Notes: generated by a model not told the origin, from the letters alone. A stretch of DNA of 64,000 nt from Alishewanella sp. (GCA_036759505.1 DAIOUM010000002.1:14559-78558), one strand, 5' to 3'. Shown: positions 41,878 to 54,970, counted from the first letter of the stretch. Program-made: numbers and translations.

Positions 41878-43617
41878 TCATGAGCTGCTTAGTTGCTGCT
41901 GAATATAATTTCGTACCTGTTGCTCCAACACCGCCAATGGCACACTGCCGTTATCCAACACTACCTGATGGAAAACTCGGATATCAAACTTATCGCCCAG
42001 CTGCTGTTCAGCCTGTTGCCGCAGACGGCGAATAGTCAACTCGCCCAGCTTGTATGACAGTGCCTGCGCCGGCCAGCTAATATAGCGATCAATTTCCGTT
42101 TGTACGTTATGCATAGATAAGGCGGTATTTTCGGCCAAAAAGTCGATCGCCTGCTGCCGGCTCCACCCCAGACTGTGCATGCCGGTATCCACAACCAGCC
42201 GCGCAGCTCGCCACATTTCATAGGTCAGGCGGCCAAAGTTACTGTAGGGATCCTGATAAAAGCCCATTTCCAGCCCCAGATACTCGGCATACAGACCCCA
42301 GCCCTCGCCAAATGCCGAGGTATAGAAGGTGCGTCGGTAGTCTGGTAAGTCGCCTTGCTCCCGCGCTAGGGAGATCTGCAAGTGGTGGCCGGGCACCGCC
42401 TCATGCAGTGTCAGAGCTTCCATTTCATACAGTGGCCGCCGGTTCAAGGCATAGGTATTCACCCAGTAGTAACCTGCCTGGTCGTCACGGGTAGCGCCAG
42501 AGTAGCGGCCAGTCGTATATTTGGGGGCAATCTCTGCCGGCACTTCCACTACGCCATAGGGCGTGCGTGGTAAGAGTTTAAAGAAACGCGGTAATTGGGC
42601 ATCAGCCCGTTTCGACAACCAGGCGGCATACCGCAGGAGTTCGTCGGCTGATTGCGGGTAGAATTGCGGATCTTCACGCAAGAACTGCACGAAATCGGCA
42701 AAGCTGCCGGTAAAGCCGAGACTATCAATTACCTGCTGCATCTCAGCACGGATCCGCGCCACTTCCGCCAGGCCAATGTCGTGTACCTGCTGCGGTGTCA
42801 TCTGTAACGTGGTGTAATGCTCCAAGCGATTTTGGTAAAAGGCTGCGCCATTGGGTAAGGTACTGGCAGCAATATCCTGGCGTGCACCCGGTAAGTAGTG
42901 CTGCACCATAAAATCGTAAAAGCCCTGAAATGCCGGATTCACCGCCGTCTCAATTATGCCGAGAGCCTGCTGCCGGAAGCTTTGCCATTCCTGCTCACTG
43001 ATCAGGTCTGATTTGCGCTGTAGCGGCTGAAAAAACACGCTTTGCTCAGGCTGGGCAATATAGGAACTGATACTTTGCTCAAAACCCGCCAGCACTACCG
43101 CCGGCTGGGTGATACCTTGGTCCAGGCCCTGCTGCATCAACGCGATCTGTTGCATCATATAACCTGGAATCGCCGCCAGCCGTTGTAAATATTGCTGGTA
43201 ATCATTGGTCTGCCGTAAAGCAGAGCGCTGAAAACTAAACGCCAGCGCGGTATGAAAGCCCGATTCAGAGGTTAACGGCATCAGATGCGCATTGAATCGA
43301 TATTGGTCGATCTCATCTGCCAGGCGATAACTCAGGATAGCGTGATTAATTTTGTCCTGTTCGCTCAGTTGGTTCAGGTCAACCGCCTGTAACTGTTGCT
43401 GCAACGCCAGCCGTTGTTGTTGCCGTGCGGCCAGTGCTGCCGGCGACATATCGGTTAAGGTGCCCGGTGCTGGCGTGCGCAAGGCGGTTTCAGCCTGCCA
43501 AATCTGCTCCGCCAGTTGGTTAAAGCTCGGTGCCACAGCGTCCGGGCTCTTACTGGCACAACCGGACAATAGCAGTATCGCAGCAATCAGACTGAGAGGT
43601 TTCGCTCGTATTTGCAT
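41878..43617 (-). CDS. DUF885 family lipoprotein (putative metallopeptidase)
   Basis: Lipobox LSGC, HEAVPGHHLQ, EGWGLYAE, RLVVDTGMH. Confidence 0.93.
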   Translation of the reverse strand: MQIRAKPLSLIAAILLLSGCASKSPDAVAPSFNQLAEQIWQAETALRTPAPGTLTDMSPAALAARQQQRLALQQQLQAVDLNQLSEQDKINHAILSYRLADEIDQYRFNAHLMPLTSESGFHTALAFSFQRSALRQTNDYQQYLQRLAAIPGYMMQQIALMQQGLDQGITQPAVVLAGFEQSISSYIAQPEQSVFFQPLQRKSDLISEQEWQSFRQQALGIIETAVNPAFQGFYDFMVQHYLPGARQDIAASTLPNGAAFYQNRLEHYTTLQMTPQQVHDIGLAEVARIRAEMQQVIDSLGFTGSFADFVQFLREDPQFYPQSADELLRYAAWLSKRADAQLPRFFKLLPRTPYGVVEVPAEIAPKYTTGRYSGATRDDQAGYYWVNTYALNRRPLYEMEALTLHEAVPGHHLQISLAREQGDLPDYRRTFYTSAFGEGWGLYAEYLGLEMGFYQDPYSNFGRLTYEMWRAARLVVDTGMHSLGWSRQQAIDFLAENTALSMHNVQTEIDRYISWPAQALSYKLGELTIRRLRQQAEQQLGDKFDIRVFHQVVLDNGSVPLAVLEQQVRNYIQQQLSSS

Positions 43618-43743
43618 CAGTGACTCCCTGTTGTTTTATTTTTCTTTACTTGATTGTACCTGTCTGACCGCAAAAAAGCAGAGCACGGAACTGATTAAAC
43701 CGGCACTTTATCGCTATTTTCGGCAATCGGCAGTTTGGCTTGC

Positions 43744-43759
43744 CGTGATTTTCATCACA
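43744..43759. promoter_or_regulatory. CRP-like box in the divergent DUF885/GGDEF intergenic region
   Basis: CGTGA-TTTTCA-TCACA versus TGTGA-N6-TCACA. Confidence 0.6.
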
Positions 43760-43861
43760 ATCACTAAATTATCTGTAAAAGATATTGCCTGTAATCTTTT
43801 ATCACGTACTATAGGTTTGAAAGAATAATAAGATTGCGCTTATGGAGCCCAGATCCCTGCC

Positions 43862-44884
43862 ATGAAGTACAAGGACACGATGCAGCAAGCTTTGGACAAA
43901 GCAACGCAGGTAGGTGCCTTTTTGCGCCATAACCAGCTTGCCGCGCATCCGACCAATTACACTGTTGCCTACGAATACATCAGCGGTAATAACGCTGAAC
44001 TGTGTCAGGCAATAGAACAGAAGCTGGCAGCTAAGGCCGAGTTTGACGATTTTATTATGGCGGAACTGTACAACCGCTATTTAATGCCGGAGCAGCAGCA
44101 ACAGGAACAACTGTTGCAGGATGTTTCTGGCATGGTCAGCCGACTATCTGGCTACACCGACCTCGCCGCTGAAGCCACCGAGAACTTTATCGACCAGTTG
44201 GATCACACCGCTTTCAAGCTGGAGCAAGACGCCCAGCCGATGCCACCGGCGCTGGCAGAACTAAAGCAAGTCACCCTCGCCTACCGAAAACAGCAGCAAC
44301 AGTTGAATCAGCAACTGGTGGCGGCAAACCAGCAAAGTCATCAGCTGCGTGATGAGCTAGAACAATTAAAGCAACAGCGACTGCAAGATCCCCTGACTGG
44401 CCTGTACAACAGGGTGGCGATGCAAAATCAGGTCGAGCTGTGGTTAAGCGAGCAACCTGATCGACGCATCGCAGCTATTGCGGTAGATTTGGATCATTTT
44501 GCCCGTTTTAATCAGGATTACGGCGCCACCATTGGCGATATTATTTTGTCTAAGGTGGCGAAAAAAGTGCGCAGCTATGTGCAGGAAAGCGGCATGCCAG
44601 TGCGCTCTGGCGGCGAAGAGTTTTTACTGCTGCTACCCGATGTTGACCTGAGAACCGCCGCCGAAATTGCAGAGCAGGTCCGCAAAGGCGTCGAGAAACT
44701 GCGTTTTGTCTCCGCCCGGGATAAGAAAAGCTTACCAAAAATCACTATCTCATTGGGTGTAGCGCTGTATCAGGCCTCAGAAAATTGGTATCAATTTTTA
44801 TCGCGCACCAATAGCGTATTACAGCTGGCCAAACAACGCGGCCGCAATCAAGTTGCCAATGAAGTAATGCTGGCTGCCATCTAA
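43862..44884 (+). CDS. GGDEF-domain protein (putative diguanylate cyclase)
   Basis: DPLTGLYNR, GGEEF, AKQRGRN; helical N-terminus, no TM. Confidence 0.92.
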   Translation: MKYKDTMQQALDKATQVGAFLRHNQLAAHPTNYTVAYEYISGNNAELCQAIEQKLAAKAEFDDFIMAELYNRYLMPEQQQQEQLLQDVSGMVSRLSGYTDLAAEATENFIDQLDHTAFKLEQDAQPMPPALAELKQVTLAYRKQQQQLNQQLVAANQQSHQLRDELEQLKQQRLQDPLTGLYNRVAMQNQVELWLSEQPDRRIAAIAVDLDHFARFNQDYGATIGDIILSKVAKKVRSYVQESGMPVRSGGEEFLLLLPDVDLRTAAEIAEQVRKGVEKLRFVSARDKKSLPKITISLGVALYQASENWYQFLSRTNSVLQLAKQRGRNQVANEVMLAAI

Positions 44885-44988
44885 AGCGTCCACTGTTGCA
44901 TATTTTTTAACAGGATCCCCTCTGGTTGTTGGCTCTGCCGGCGTAATCTTTTACACTAGCGGCCTAATGTTCCCAAGCAGGCTTTGTT

Positions 44989-45744
44989 ATGTCCGAACCT
45001 ACCAATAACACCACGCATTTTGGCTTTAAATCTGTACCTAAAGAGCAGAAAGTTGCGATGGTCGCCGATGTCTTTCACTCGGTCGCCGCTAAGTACGACA
45101 TTATGAATGACGTGATGTCGATGGGCATTCACCGGCTGTGGAAACGTTTTACTATTGACTGCAGCGGCGTGCGCGCCGGGCAACAGGTGCTGGATCTGGC
45201 CGGGGGTACCGGCGATATTACGGCGTTATTCTCCAAACGGGTTGGTCCAAGCGGCAAGGTGGTACTGGCCGATATTAATGAGTCAATGCTGAATGTCGGC
45301 CGCGATAAACTGCGCGACCTGGGGCTGGTGAATAATATCGAATTTGTGCAAGCCAACGCTGAAGCCCTGCCCTTTGCCGACAACAGCTTCGACATCGTCT
45401 CTATTGGCTTTGGCTTACGTAATGTCACCGATAAAGATGCGGCACTGCGCTCAATGTTCCGGGTGCTCAAGCCCGGTGGTCGCCTGCTGGTACTGGAGTT
45501 TTCCAAACCAGAAAGCGAATTACTCAGTAAAGCTTACGATCTCTACTCGTTCCGCATTCTGCCTTTTATGGGCCAGTTGATCGCCAATGATAAAGAAAGC
45601 TACCAGTATCTGGCCGAGTCAATCCGGATGCACCCGGATCAGGAAACCTTAAAGCAGATGATGCAGGATGCCGGCTTCCAGGAAGTCAGTTATCACAATC
45701 TGACCGGTGGTATTGTCGCCTTACATCGGGGCTATAAATTCTGA
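44989..45744 (+). CDS. ubiE: Ubiquinone/menaquinone C-methyltransferase UbiE
   Basis: [27 protein letters not shown]. Confidence 0.98.
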   Translation: MSEPTNNTTHFGFKSVPKEQKVAMVADVFHSVAAKYDIMNDVMSMGIHRLWKRFTIDCSGVRAGQQVLDLAGGTGDITALFSKRVGPSGKVVLADINESMLNVGRDKLRDLGLVNNIEFVQANAEALPFADNSFDIVSIGFGLRNVTDKDAALRSMFRVLKPGGRLLVLEFSKPESELLSKAYDLYSFRILPFMGQLIANDKESYQYLAESIRMHPDQETLKQMMQDAGFQEVSYHNLTGGIVALHRGYKF

Positions 45745-46361
45745 TGTTGCCGTTATTGCCACAATTGCTGTGTGCTGTGGCAGAGCGGCTTAGCCGCAAA
45801 GCGATAGCGCTGGATCCATCCTGCCTGCCCAAACTGCGCCAGCTACAGGGCAAACAGCTGGCCTTCGCCTTACGCGAGCTGAAACTGACAATAGTGGTCA
45901 GCGCCGGTAGCGATAGTTTGCTATTTAATCAGCAGGACGAAACGGCCGATTGCCGGATCAGTACCGATCTGGCCAGTTTGCGCCAACTGCGCGACCCCAG
46001 CCAGTTAACCCGCCTGATTAAAGCCGATGCCCTGCAAATTGACGGCGACTTACAACTGGCGCAGCAATATGCCAGTTTTTTCCAGCAGCTTGACCCCGAT
46101 TGGCAAACCGAGCTTGCCCGCTATCTGGGGGATGCTCCCAGCCATAAGCTTTTGCAGACGCTGAGCCAACTCAGCAGCTACTGTAGTCAGAAATGGCAGT
46201 TGCTACAGCAAACGCAGCTTGAACTGGTGCAGGATGAACTGCAATTAGTACCGGTACGGGCGGAATACGAGCTGTTTACCCAACAGCTCAGCCAACTGCA
46301 AGGCCAGGTAGAGCAAGTCCGACGCAAAATCCAACTACTGCAGGAGTCCAGGTGCGCCTAA
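45744..46361 (+). CDS. ubiJ: Ubiquinone biosynthesis accessory factor UbiJ
   Basis: SCP2-like region (LQIDGD), between ubiE and ubiB. Confidence 0.9.
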   Translation: MLPLLPQLLCAVAERLSRKAIALDPSCLPKLRQLQGKQLAFALRELKLTIVVSAGSDSLLFNQQDETADCRISTDLASLRQLRDPSQLTRLIKADALQIDGDLQLAQQYASFFQQLDPDWQTELARYLGDAPSHKLLQTLSQLSSYCSQKWQLLQQTQLELVQDELQLVPVRAEYELFTQQLSQLQGQVEQVRRKIQLLQESRCA

Positions 46362-47980
46362 GCCGTTTCTATCAGATCCAGAAAACCTTGCTGCAATATG
46401 GGCTGGATGAGCTGATCCCTGCCCAGTGGCAACCCTGGTATGCCCGGGCGGCACGGCGTTGTCTGTTCTGGTTAAAAAACCGCTATCCCGAACAGTCTGT
46501 CGCCGCCAGACTGCGTCTGGCATTACAAAGTCTGGGACCGGTCTGGATTAAGTTTGGCCAGATGTTATCTACCCGACGCGATTTGTTACCGGCCGAGCTG
46601 GCAGACGAGCTGGCGATCTTACAGGATAAGGTCAGTCCTTTCCCTGGTGAGCAAGCCAAGGCACTAATCGAACAGGCGCTGGGACTGGGCGACATTCAGC
46701 AGCTGTTCGCCGAATTCGATATTACACCTCTGGCTTCGGCCTCAATTGCCCAGGTGCATAGCGCCCGCCTGCAATTAGCTGATGGCACTCAGGCAGCAGT
46801 GGTCGTTAAGGTGATCCGCCCTGGGATCGAAAAGCAAATCCTGGCTGATCTCGCCCTGATGGACAGCCTGGCCGTAATAGCGGCCCGCCTGCTACCTGAT
46901 GGCAAACGTCTGCGGCCACGGGAAGTGGTTTCGGAATATCGCAAAACCATTCTCGATGAACTGGATTTACAACGCGAAGCAGCGAACGCTATTCAACTGC
47001 GGCGCAACTTTGAAGGCTCGGATTCGCTATATATCCCTTTTGTTTACGCCGATTACAGCCGCAGTAATATTATGGTCATGGAACGGATCTATGGTATTCC
47101 GGTTTCTGATATCGCGGCATTGGAAGCGCAAGGCACTAATATGGAGCTGCTGGCCAAACGTGGGGTCGAGGTGTTTTTTACCCAGGTATTCCGTGACAGC
47201 TTTTTTCATGCCGACATGCATCCGGGGAATATCTTCGTTGCGCGTGAGCATCCGGAAAATCCAAAGTATATCGGTATTGATTGTGGCATCGTGGGTACCC
47301 TCAATGCCGAGGATAAGCGCTATTTGGCAGAAAATTTTGTCGCCTTTTTTAATCGCGATTATCGCAAGGTAGCTCAGCTGCATCTGGACTCCGGCTGGGT
47401 ACCCGCCCATACCAAGGTAGAAGAATTTGAAAGTGCGATCCGCACCGTCTGCGAGCCAATTTTTCAAAAGCCGCTGGCGGAGATTTCCTTTGGGCATGTG
47501 CTGCTGAATTTATTTAATACGGCGCGCCGCTTTGAAATGCAGGTCCAGCCGCAGTTGGTGCTGTTACAAAAAACCCTGCTCTATATTGAGGGTTTAGGGC
47601 GGCAACTGTATCCGCAACTGGATTTATGGAAAACCGCTAAACCCTTTCTGGAAAACTGGGTCAAACAACAGGTAGGCTTGCCAGCGATTTGGCGGCAGGT
47701 GAAAGAGAATTTTCCGTTCTGGGCAGAAAAAATGCCCCAGATGCCGGAGCTACTGCACCGCTATCTGGAGCAAGGCCCACGGCAACAACAGGCGCTGCTG
47801 TTGCAGTTGCAAGCGTTACAACAACAACAGCAACGTGGGAAAGCGCAAATTATTAGCGCGGTGCTTGCAGCAGCCAGCTTAATCAGTGCTAGTATAGCGC
47901 TTAGCATCAATTTACCGGTACTGGCCAGCCTGTTGGGGGCCGGTGCTATCGCCCTAACGGTTAGGGCGCTGCTGCACTAG
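46352..47980 (+). CDS. ubiB: Ubiquinone biosynthesis kinase-like protein UbiB
   Basis: [29 protein letters not shown]. Confidence 0.97.
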   Translation: MRLSRFYQIQKTLLQYGLDELIPAQWQPWYARAARRCLFWLKNRYPEQSVAARLRLALQSLGPVWIKFGQMLSTRRDLLPAELADELAILQDKVSPFPGEQAKALIEQALGLGDIQQLFAEFDITPLASASIAQVHSARLQLADGTQAAVVVKVIRPGIEKQILADLALMDSLAVIAARLLPDGKRLRPREVVSEYRKTILDELDLQREAANAIQLRRNFEGSDSLYIPFVYADYSRSNIMVMERIYGIPVSDIAALEAQGTNMELLAKRGVEVFFTQVFRDSFFHADMHPGNIFVAREHPENPKYIGIDCGIVGTLNAEDKRYLAENFVAFFNRDYRKVAQLHLDSGWVPAHTKVEEFESAIRTVCEPIFQKPLAEISFGHVLLNLFNTARRFEMQVQPQLVLLQKTLLYIEGLGRQLYPQLDLWKTAKPFLENWVKQQVGLPAIWRQVKENFPFWAEKMPQMPELLHRYLEQGPRQQQALLLQLQALQQQQQRGKAQIISAVLAAASLISASIALSINLPVLASLLGAGAIALTVRALLH

Positions 47981-48010
47981 CAGCAGTCAGGCAATTCCGA
48001 GGATAAGAGC

Positions 48011-48262
48011 ATGGGTTTTGGTGGTATTAGTATCTGGCAACTGTTGATTGTATTGGCGATTATTGTTTTGCTGTTCGGCACCAAGAAGCTGCGCGGTATT
48101 GGCTCTGATTTAGGCTCAGCCATCAAAGGATTCCGCAGCTCAATTAAAGATGAAGAGCAACCGGAACAGCCAGCTGCCGAGCAAAAGCCACAACAGCTGC
48201 CAGAGCAGAAAAACACTGCTGCGAACAGCGACACGGTTAACAAAGAAAAAGATAAAGTCTGA
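48011..48262 (+). CDS. tatA: Tat translocase TatA
   Basis: GISIWQLLI...[16 protein letters not shown]. Confidence 0.97.
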   Translation: MGFGGISIWQLLIVLAIIVLLFGTKKLRGIGSDLGSAIKGFRSSIKDEEQPEQPAAEQKPQQLPEQKNTAANSDTVNKEKDKV

Positions 48263-48264
48263 TT

Positions 48265-48642
48265 ATGGGCTTTTGGGAACTGCTGGTTATCGCGGTGGTC
48301 GCCCTGCTGGTGCTGGGACCGGAACGGCTGCCCGGTGCCATCCGCAGTACCGTGAAGACAGTGCGCAGTATCAAACAGTTTGGCCAGCAAATGCAGGCTG
48401 AGCTGAATGACAATCTGCGCGTACATGAGTTACATCAAAAGCTAAAAGACGCTGAGGCCAAAGGCCTGGTTAATCTGACTGCGGAGGAAACCGCAGCGCT
48501 AAAGGAGCTCACCGAAGCGGCAAATGCAGTGCGCCCGGCCAGTGCTGCTCAGGCTACACCTTTGCCAGTGCCAACCCCAGAAACTCCAGCACCAACTGCC
48601 GAAGAGACCGCTGTAAAGAATGAAAACAAAACCGGATCCTGA
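48265..48642 (+). CDS. tatB: Tat translocase TatB
   Basis: GFWEL...VLGPERLP. Confidence 0.96.
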   Translation: MGFWELLVIAVVALLVLGPERLPGAIRSTVKTVRSIKQFGQQMQAELNDNLRVHELHQKLKDAEAKGLVNLTAEETAALKELTEAANAVRPASAAQATPLPVPTPETPAPTAEETAVKNENKTGS

Positions 48643-49372
48643 CAGCCTGTTAGGTCACCTCGTCGAGTTACGTAACCGTCTGCTCCGCTGCGTTATTGCG
48701 GTCTTAATCGTCTTTGCCGCACTGGCTTACTTTGCGCGTGATATCTACGCCCTGTTGGCAGAACCACTGCTGGCGGTGTTGCCGGAAGGCACCAGCATGA
48801 TTGCCACTGATGTTGCAGCCCCCTTTTTTGCGCCCTTTAAGCTGACCTTTATCGTCGCGATCTGTCTGGCTATTCCGTATATTCTGTGGCAAGTCTGGCA
48901 ATTTATTGCGCCGGCGCTATATAGCCGTGAGAAAAAACTGATGGCGCCGCTGGTATTCAGTAGCACCCTGCTATTCTACGCCGGTATTGCCTTTGCCTAT
49001 TTTGTGGTCTTCCCACTGATTTTCGCCTTTTTTACCAGTGTCGCGCCGGCCGGTGTCACCATCGCTACCGATATCAGCAGCTATCTGGATTTCGTGCTGA
49101 AGCTGTTCTTTGCCTTTGGTTTATCTTTTGAGATCCCGATCGCGATTCTGTTATTGATCTGGAGCGGCAGCGTAACCCGGCAGGCTCTGGCCGAAAAACG
49201 CCCCTATATTATTGTCGGCGCCTTTGTGCTTGGCATGTTGTTAACACCACCTGATGTCTTATCACAAACCCTACTGGCTATTCCGATGTGGCTGTTGTTT
49301 GAAGCCGGCCTTTGGCTCAGCCGTTTTTATCAGCCCAAGACTGATGAACCCTCGCAGGAACAAGAACCATGA
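48620..49372 (+). CDS. tatC: Tat translocase TatC
   Basis: [25 protein letters not shown]. Confidence 0.98.
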   Translation: MKTKPDPDSLLGHLVELRNRLLRCVIAVLIVFAALAYFARDIYALLAEPLLAVLPEGTSMIATDVAAPFFAPFKLTFIVAICLAIPYILWQVWQFIAPALYSREKKLMAPLVFSSTLLFYAGIAFAYFVVFPLIFAFFTSVAPAGVTIATDISSYLDFVLKLFFAFGLSFEIPIAILLLIWSGSVTRQALAEKRPYIIVGAFVLGMLLTPPDVLSQTLLAIPMWLLFEAGLWLSRFYQPKTDEPSQEQEP

Positions 49373-49863
49373 AATTACTGTTTACTACTTCAACTTTCGC
49401 TCTGTTACTGTTAGCCAGCCCCATGCTACAGGCGCAAAGTTCGCTGGCAGCGCAATTAGAGCAGTGCCGTACCGAGCAAAATGCGTTAAAGCGGCTGGTC
49501 TGCTATGACGAAATTAATCTACGTACAGCAGGCACCACCGCCAGCCCGGCACCACAGGCCGCTGAACGCGCGCGGCAAGCCACTACTACCGCGTCAGCCA
49601 CGGATAATTTTGGCAAAGAACATCGTCAGGTCGCGGCAGATCCGGTGGACCAACTCTATGCCACTGTTACCAAGCTTAGCCTGAGTCCACGTAAAGAAAT
49701 GATTATTGAGCTGGATAATGGCCAGATCTGGCGTCAGAGCGGCTCTGGCCAATTCCCACTACAAAGCGGTGAGCGCATCTACATTAAGCGTGGCATGCTG
49801 GGCGCTTTCTATTTGGGCAAAGATGGCAGCAACCGCACCCTGAAAGTGGTGCGCAGCAACTAG
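49369..49863 (+). CDS. Exported hypothetical protein inside the tat operon
   Basis: ATGA overlap with tatC; Sec-type signal peptide; C-x11-[12 protein letters not shown]. Confidence 0.85.
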   Translation: MKLLFTTSTFALLLLASPMLQAQSSLAAQLEQCRTEQNALKRLVCYDEINLRTAGTTASPAPQAAERARQATTTASATDNFGKEHRQVAADPVDQLYATVTKLSLSPRKEMIIELDNGQIWRQSGSGQFPLQSGERIYIKRGMLGAFYLGKDGSNRTLKVVRSN

Positions 49864-49864
49864 G

Positions 49865-50644
49865 ATGCGCTGGTTTGATGCCGGGGTAAATTTATTTAGC
49901 CCGCAATTTGCCGGTCAGGAAGCCGCTATTGTGGACGAGGCGCAGGCGGCTGGCGTAGAGCGCCTGTTATTAATTAGCAGTGAGCTGGCAGAAAGCCAAT
50001 ACAACCTTGGGTTCCGCCAGCAGTATGCGAACTGCTACACCACGGCAGGCGTCCATCCGCATCAGGCGGCGCAGGTTAGTAGTGACTGGCTGGCTAGCCT
50101 GCAACAGCTGGCGCTTCAGCCTGGCGTAGTCGCGATTGGCGAATGTGGCTTGGACTTTAACCGCGATTTTTCGCCGCGTCAGCAACAACAACAGGTGTTT
50201 GCCGAGCAGCTGCAACTGGCCAAACAGCTCGATAAAGCGCTGTATCTGCATGAACGGGATGCCTTTGCTACCCAACTGGCGATGCTAAACGAGCAACAAA
50301 TCAGCTATGGCATCGCCCACTGTTTTACCGGCGATCGCAGTCAGCTCCAAGCTTACCTGGATCTGGGGCTCTATATTGGCATCACCGGCTGGCTCTGCGA
50401 CGAACGTCGCGGTCAGGCATTACAGCAAGCCATCCACTATATTCCGGCCGATCGCTTAATTCTGGAGACCGACGCCCCTTACTTACTCCCCAGAACGGTA
50501 AGACCCAGACCAAAACGTAATACCCCGGCGTTACTGCCGGCGATAGCGGCGGAGGTCGCGCGGCTGACTGGCCGTGAGTTGGCCGAAATCGCAGCGCAAA
50601 CCTATGCTAATAGCTGCCGGCTATTTCAACTTGAGGATCACTAA
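49865..50644 (+). CDS. tatD: TatD family nuclease
   Basis: GVHPH, IGECGLDF, HCFTG, ETDAPY. Confidence 0.95.
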   Translation: MRWFDAGVNLFSPQFAGQEAAIVDEAQAAGVERLLLISSELAESQYNLGFRQQYANCYTTAGVHPHQAAQVSSDWLASLQQLALQPGVVAIGECGLDFNRDFSPRQQQQQVFAEQLQLAKQLDKALYLHERDAFATQLAMLNEQQISYGIAHCFTGDRSQLQAYLDLGLYIGITGWLCDERRGQALQQAIHYIPADRLILETDAPYLLPRTVRPRPKRNTPALLPAIAAEVARLTGRELAEIAAQTYANSCRLFQLEDH

Positions 50645-51652
<1,008 letters not shown>

Positions 51653-51653
51653 G

Positions 51654-51689
51654 GCCGGCGGCGCCTCTGCCACGCAGCAGGCGCCCGGC
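51654..51689. repeat. GC-rich hairpin between convergent hemB and gppA
   Basis: GGCGCCT/AGGCGCC with inner CTGC/GCAG; no U-tract. Confidence 0.45.
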
Positions 51690-51698
51690 AAAGCCCGC

Positions 51699-53243
51699 TT
51701 AATTGATACTCAGCTGCCAACCCGCTTGTTGCTGGTACTGGATTTCCTGTTCCAGCTCGGCACGCATCAAAGGGTGTTGTTCCAGCCAACCGTTCGGTAA
51801 CACCAGTTCCAGGCTTTCTGCCTTAGCGCTGATCGAGACCTGAGGCAGGGCCTCATGTCGGCGTCGCATCGACAATATCACCGCCAGGCGCAGGATACGG
51901 GTCAGACGCACCGCCAGCACCACTGATGTCATCGTTTGCCGGGCCAGTACTTCAGGCATGATTTCGGCGCGATGATTATGTACCAGAGCCATTAACAACT
52001 GCTGCTGTGCGCGGGTAAAGCCGGGTAAGTCGGAGTGGCTGATAATATAGGCACCATGATGGTGGTGGTTTTTGTATTCGATTAACAGGCCAAGTTCATG
52101 CAACAAGGCACTGCACCGCAGCATGCTCAGGCCTTCAAACTTCTGCAGATCCCAGCGACTTTGTAATTGCGCCGCCAGTTCCAGTGCCATCTCAGCTACC
52201 CGCTGCGCATGCTGCTGGTCAATAAAATAGCGGACCATCAGACTGTTTACGGTACGGTGCCGGACATTGGCATCCTGCAGTTGTGGCAGCATACTGTACA
52301 ATATACCCTCACGCAGCGCTCCGCCAGACAATGTCATGCCCTGAATATCCAGCTGCCGGAACAGGGCAATCAGAATGGCTAAGCCGGATGGAAATACCTG
52401 CTTGCGTTCCTGCGCCAGTCCAACCAGGTTTAGCTGCGGCAACTGGCCACAGGCCATCACCTGCTGCAAGATATCATCCAGCTTTTGCAGGGTAATCACT
52501 TCGTCTTTACCCTGAGCCACCAGCATTTCCTGTACCGCCTGCACTGTGCCCGATGCGCCCACTGCCAGCTGCCAGCCTGCCTGCCGGAACTCGCTGACAA
52601 TAGGCTGAATTTGTTGCTCAGCCGCAGCTATCGCCGCCAAAAAGTTCTCTTCGCTCAGTTGCTGATCGCTGAAATAGCGTTCCAGGTAGGTGACACAGCC
52701 CATATTTAAACTGGCCAGCTGTTTCGGGCTAAAGCCCTGACCAATCACCACCTCGGTACTGGCGCCACCAATATCAATCACCAGGCGACTGCTGTCGCTG
52801 TTGGAGGTATGGGCCACGCCCAGATAAATGATGCGGGCTTCGTCCTCGCCGCTAATCACCTCGACTTTTTGCCCTAAAATGGCTTCGGCCTCGGTTAAAA
52901 AGCTGCTGACATTGCGCGCCAGGCGCAAAGTCGCGGTGCCAACGATACGGATATTCTGACTGGGGATGTCCTGCAGGCGCTCGGCGAAAAGGGCCAGGCA
53001 CTCCCAGCCACGTTTCATTGCTTTATGACTGAGCACCAAGCTGTCGTTTAAACCGGCCGCCAGCCTGACCTTGCGTTTGACCCGGCCAATCACTTGCACC
53101 GAGCCGCCGACCACCTTGACCATCAGCATATGAAAGCTGTTGGAGCCAAGATCGATCACCGCATAGATATCACTATGCGGTGAAGGCGTAGCCACTTTGG
53201 CTGCGGTGAGATCAGGGGCGATTACGCGGGGCTCTGGCGCCAT
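51699..53243 (-). CDS. gppA: pppGpp 5'-phosphohydrolase (Ppx/GppA family)
   Basis: [23 protein letters not shown]; downstream of rhlB; start uncertain (ATG 53243 or GTG 53195). Confidence 0.9.
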   Translation of the reverse strand: MAPEPRVIAPDLTAAKVATPSPHSDIYAVIDLGSNSFHMLMVKVVGGSVQVIGRVKRKVRLAAGLNDSLVLSHKAMKRGWECLALFAERLQDIPSQNIRIVGTATLRLARNVSSFLTEAEAILGQKVEVISGEDEARIIYLGVAHTSNSDSSRLVIDIGGASTEVVIGQGFSPKQLASLNMGCVTYLERYFSDQQLSEENFLAAIAAAEQQIQPIVSEFRQAGWQLAVGASGTVQAVQEMLVAQGKDEVITLQKLDDILQQVMACGQLPQLNLVGLAQERKQVFPSGLAILIALFRQLDIQGMTLSGGALREGILYSMLPQLQDANVRHRTVNSLMVRYFIDQQHAQRVAEMALELAAQLQSRWDLQKFEGLSMLRCSALLHELGLLIEYKNHHHHGAYIISHSDLPGFTRAQQQLLMALVHNHRAEIMPEVLARQTMTSVVLAVRLTRILRLAVILSMRRRHEALPQVSISAKAESLELVLPNGWLEQHPLMRAELEQEIQYQQQAGWQLSIN

Positions 53244-54492
53244 GGCTACTGCGTCCACTATGGCTGCGACCACCACTGCGGGCCTGGCCCGGGCGGCGTC
53301 TGACCCGCGGTTTTGGCGGGGTAAGATCGGTCAGCAAGGCATCCACGTCGTACTGGGTAACCGGGATCGGATGCTTGATATAGTCTTCAATCGCCGTCAG
53401 ATTTAACGCATAACGTTCGCAGGCAAAACTGATCGCTTTACCACTCTCGCCAGCGCGACCGGTGCGGCCAATGCGATGTACGTAGTCTTCGCAGTCATCC
53501 GGCAAATCGTAGTTAAAAACATGGCTGACTTTCGGGATATGTAAACCACGGGCGGCAACATCGGTCGCCACCAGGATATCCAGTTTGCCGGTAGTAAAAT
53601 CATCGAGGATTTTCAGCCGCTTTTTCTGGATCACGTCACCGGTCAATAAGCCAACCCGGTGACCATCGGCGTCTAACCAATGATAGACATCTTCACAGGC
53701 ATGCTTGGTATTGGCAAACACAATGGCTTTATCCGGCCATTCCTCTTCCAACAGCGTTAGCAACAGCGGCATCTTATGTTCATGCGCCGGATAGAACAGT
53801 TCTTCACTGATCCGGCTACCAGTCATTTCTTCCGGCGCGATATGGATATGTACCGGCTGATTCATCTTCTCAAACGCCAGTTCCTGCACTTTATATGACA
53901 GGGTGGCAGAGAATAATAGACTTAAGCGTTCAGTCGCCGGCGGCATCCGGTTAAACATAAAGCGGATATCTTTGATAAAGCCAAGATCAAACATCCGATC
54001 TGCTTCATCCAGCACCACGACCTGAATTTGTGACAGGTCGTACAAACCTTGTTTCAGGTAATCGATCAGCCGGCCGGTGGTACCAATTAAAATATCTACA
54101 CCCTGCTCCAGCGCCTGGCGTTGAGAATCATAGCCCTCGCCCCCATAGATCAGACCAAGCCGCAGGTTGGCTTTTTGCGCCAGCATTACGGCATCATTAT
54201 GGATCTGAACGGCCAGTTCGCGCGTAGGAGCCATAATAATAGCCCGCGGTTGGCCTGAGCCTTTTGGCGCATGGGTCAGCAGATGGTGAAAGGTCGCCGT
54301 CAAGAAAGCCAGGGTTTTACCCGTACCTGTTTGCGCTTGACCGGCAATATCTTTGCCAGCTAACGCCAGGGGTAAACATTGGGCCTGAATTGGCGTACAA
54401 TAACCGAAACCTTGCGCATTCAAAGCGTCAAGAACCTGGGGTGCCAATGCGAAATCGGCGAATTTATGCGATGTTAAGTGTGTTTTATTCAT
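53212..54492 (-). CDS. rhlB: DEAD-box RNA helicase RhlB
   Basis: [20 protein letters not shown]; divergent from trxA. Confidence 0.97.
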   Translation of the reverse strand: MNKTHLTSHKFADFALAPQVLDALNAQGFGYCTPIQAQCLPLALAGKDIAGQAQTGTGKTLAFLTATFHHLLTHAPKGSGQPRAIIMAPTRELAVQIHNDAVMLAQKANLRLGLIYGGEGYDSQRQALEQGVDILIGTTGRLIDYLKQGLYDLSQIQVVVLDEADRMFDLGFIKDIRFMFNRMPPATERLSLLFSATLSYKVQELAFEKMNQPVHIHIAPEEMTGSRISEELFYPAHEHKMPLLLTLLEEEWPDKAIVFANTKHACEDVYHWLDADGHRVGLLTGDVIQKKRLKILDDFTTGKLDILVATDVAARGLHIPKVSHVFNYDLPDDCEDYVHRIGRTGRAGESGKAISFACERYALNLTAIEDYIKHPIPVTQYDVDALLTDLTPPKPRVRRRPGQARSGGRSHSGRSSHGARAPRNRP

Positions 54493-54516
54493 ACCTGCCT
54501 AGCATAACTGTTACGC

Positions 54517-54545
54517 TTGCAATAAGAAACAGCCGCGATTAAATT
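54517..54545 (+). promoter_or_regulatory. Candidate trxA promoter
   Basis: TTGCAA-17 nt-TAAATT. Confidence 0.5.
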
Positions 54546-54593
54546 GATAATAGATATTTGCAGTGTAACTGCACAGCCTGAACGGAGAAATAG

Positions 54594-54920
54594 ATGAGCG
54601 AACATATTTTACAGGTTTCTGACGACAGTTTCGAAACTGACGTGTTAAAAGCAGAAGCGCCGGTACTGGTAGACTTCTGGGCAGAGTGGTGTGGGCCTTG
54701 TAAAATGATCGCGCCAATCCTGGATGATGTCGCAGCTGAATACGCCGGTAAAGTGACTGTTGCTAAGGTCAATATCGACCAGAATCCGAACACACCACCT
54801 AAGTTTGGTATTCGTGGTATTCCAACCCTACTGTTATTCAAAAACGGTCAGGTTGCAGCAACCAAGGTCGGTGCGCTGTCAAAAACCCAGTTAAAGCAGT
54901 TCCTGGATAGCAATATCTAA
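54594..54920 (+). CDS. trxA: Thioredoxin 1
   Basis: WCGPC, 108 aa, SD GGAG. Confidence 0.99.
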   Translation: MSEHILQVSDDSFETDVLKAEAPVLVDFWAEWCGPCKMIAPILDDVAAEYAGKVTVAKVNIDQNPNTPPKFGIRGIPTLLLFKNGQVAATKVGALSKTQLKQFLDSNI

Positions 54921-54930
54921 GCACAGTACG

Positions 54931-54959
54931 AAAAAAGGCGTATTTTTATACGCCTTTTT
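54931..54959 (+). terminator. Intrinsic terminator after trxA
   Basis: AAAAAGGCGTAT-TTTT-ATACGCCTTTTT. Confidence 0.85.
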
Positions 54960-54970
54960 AAATTGTCTGC

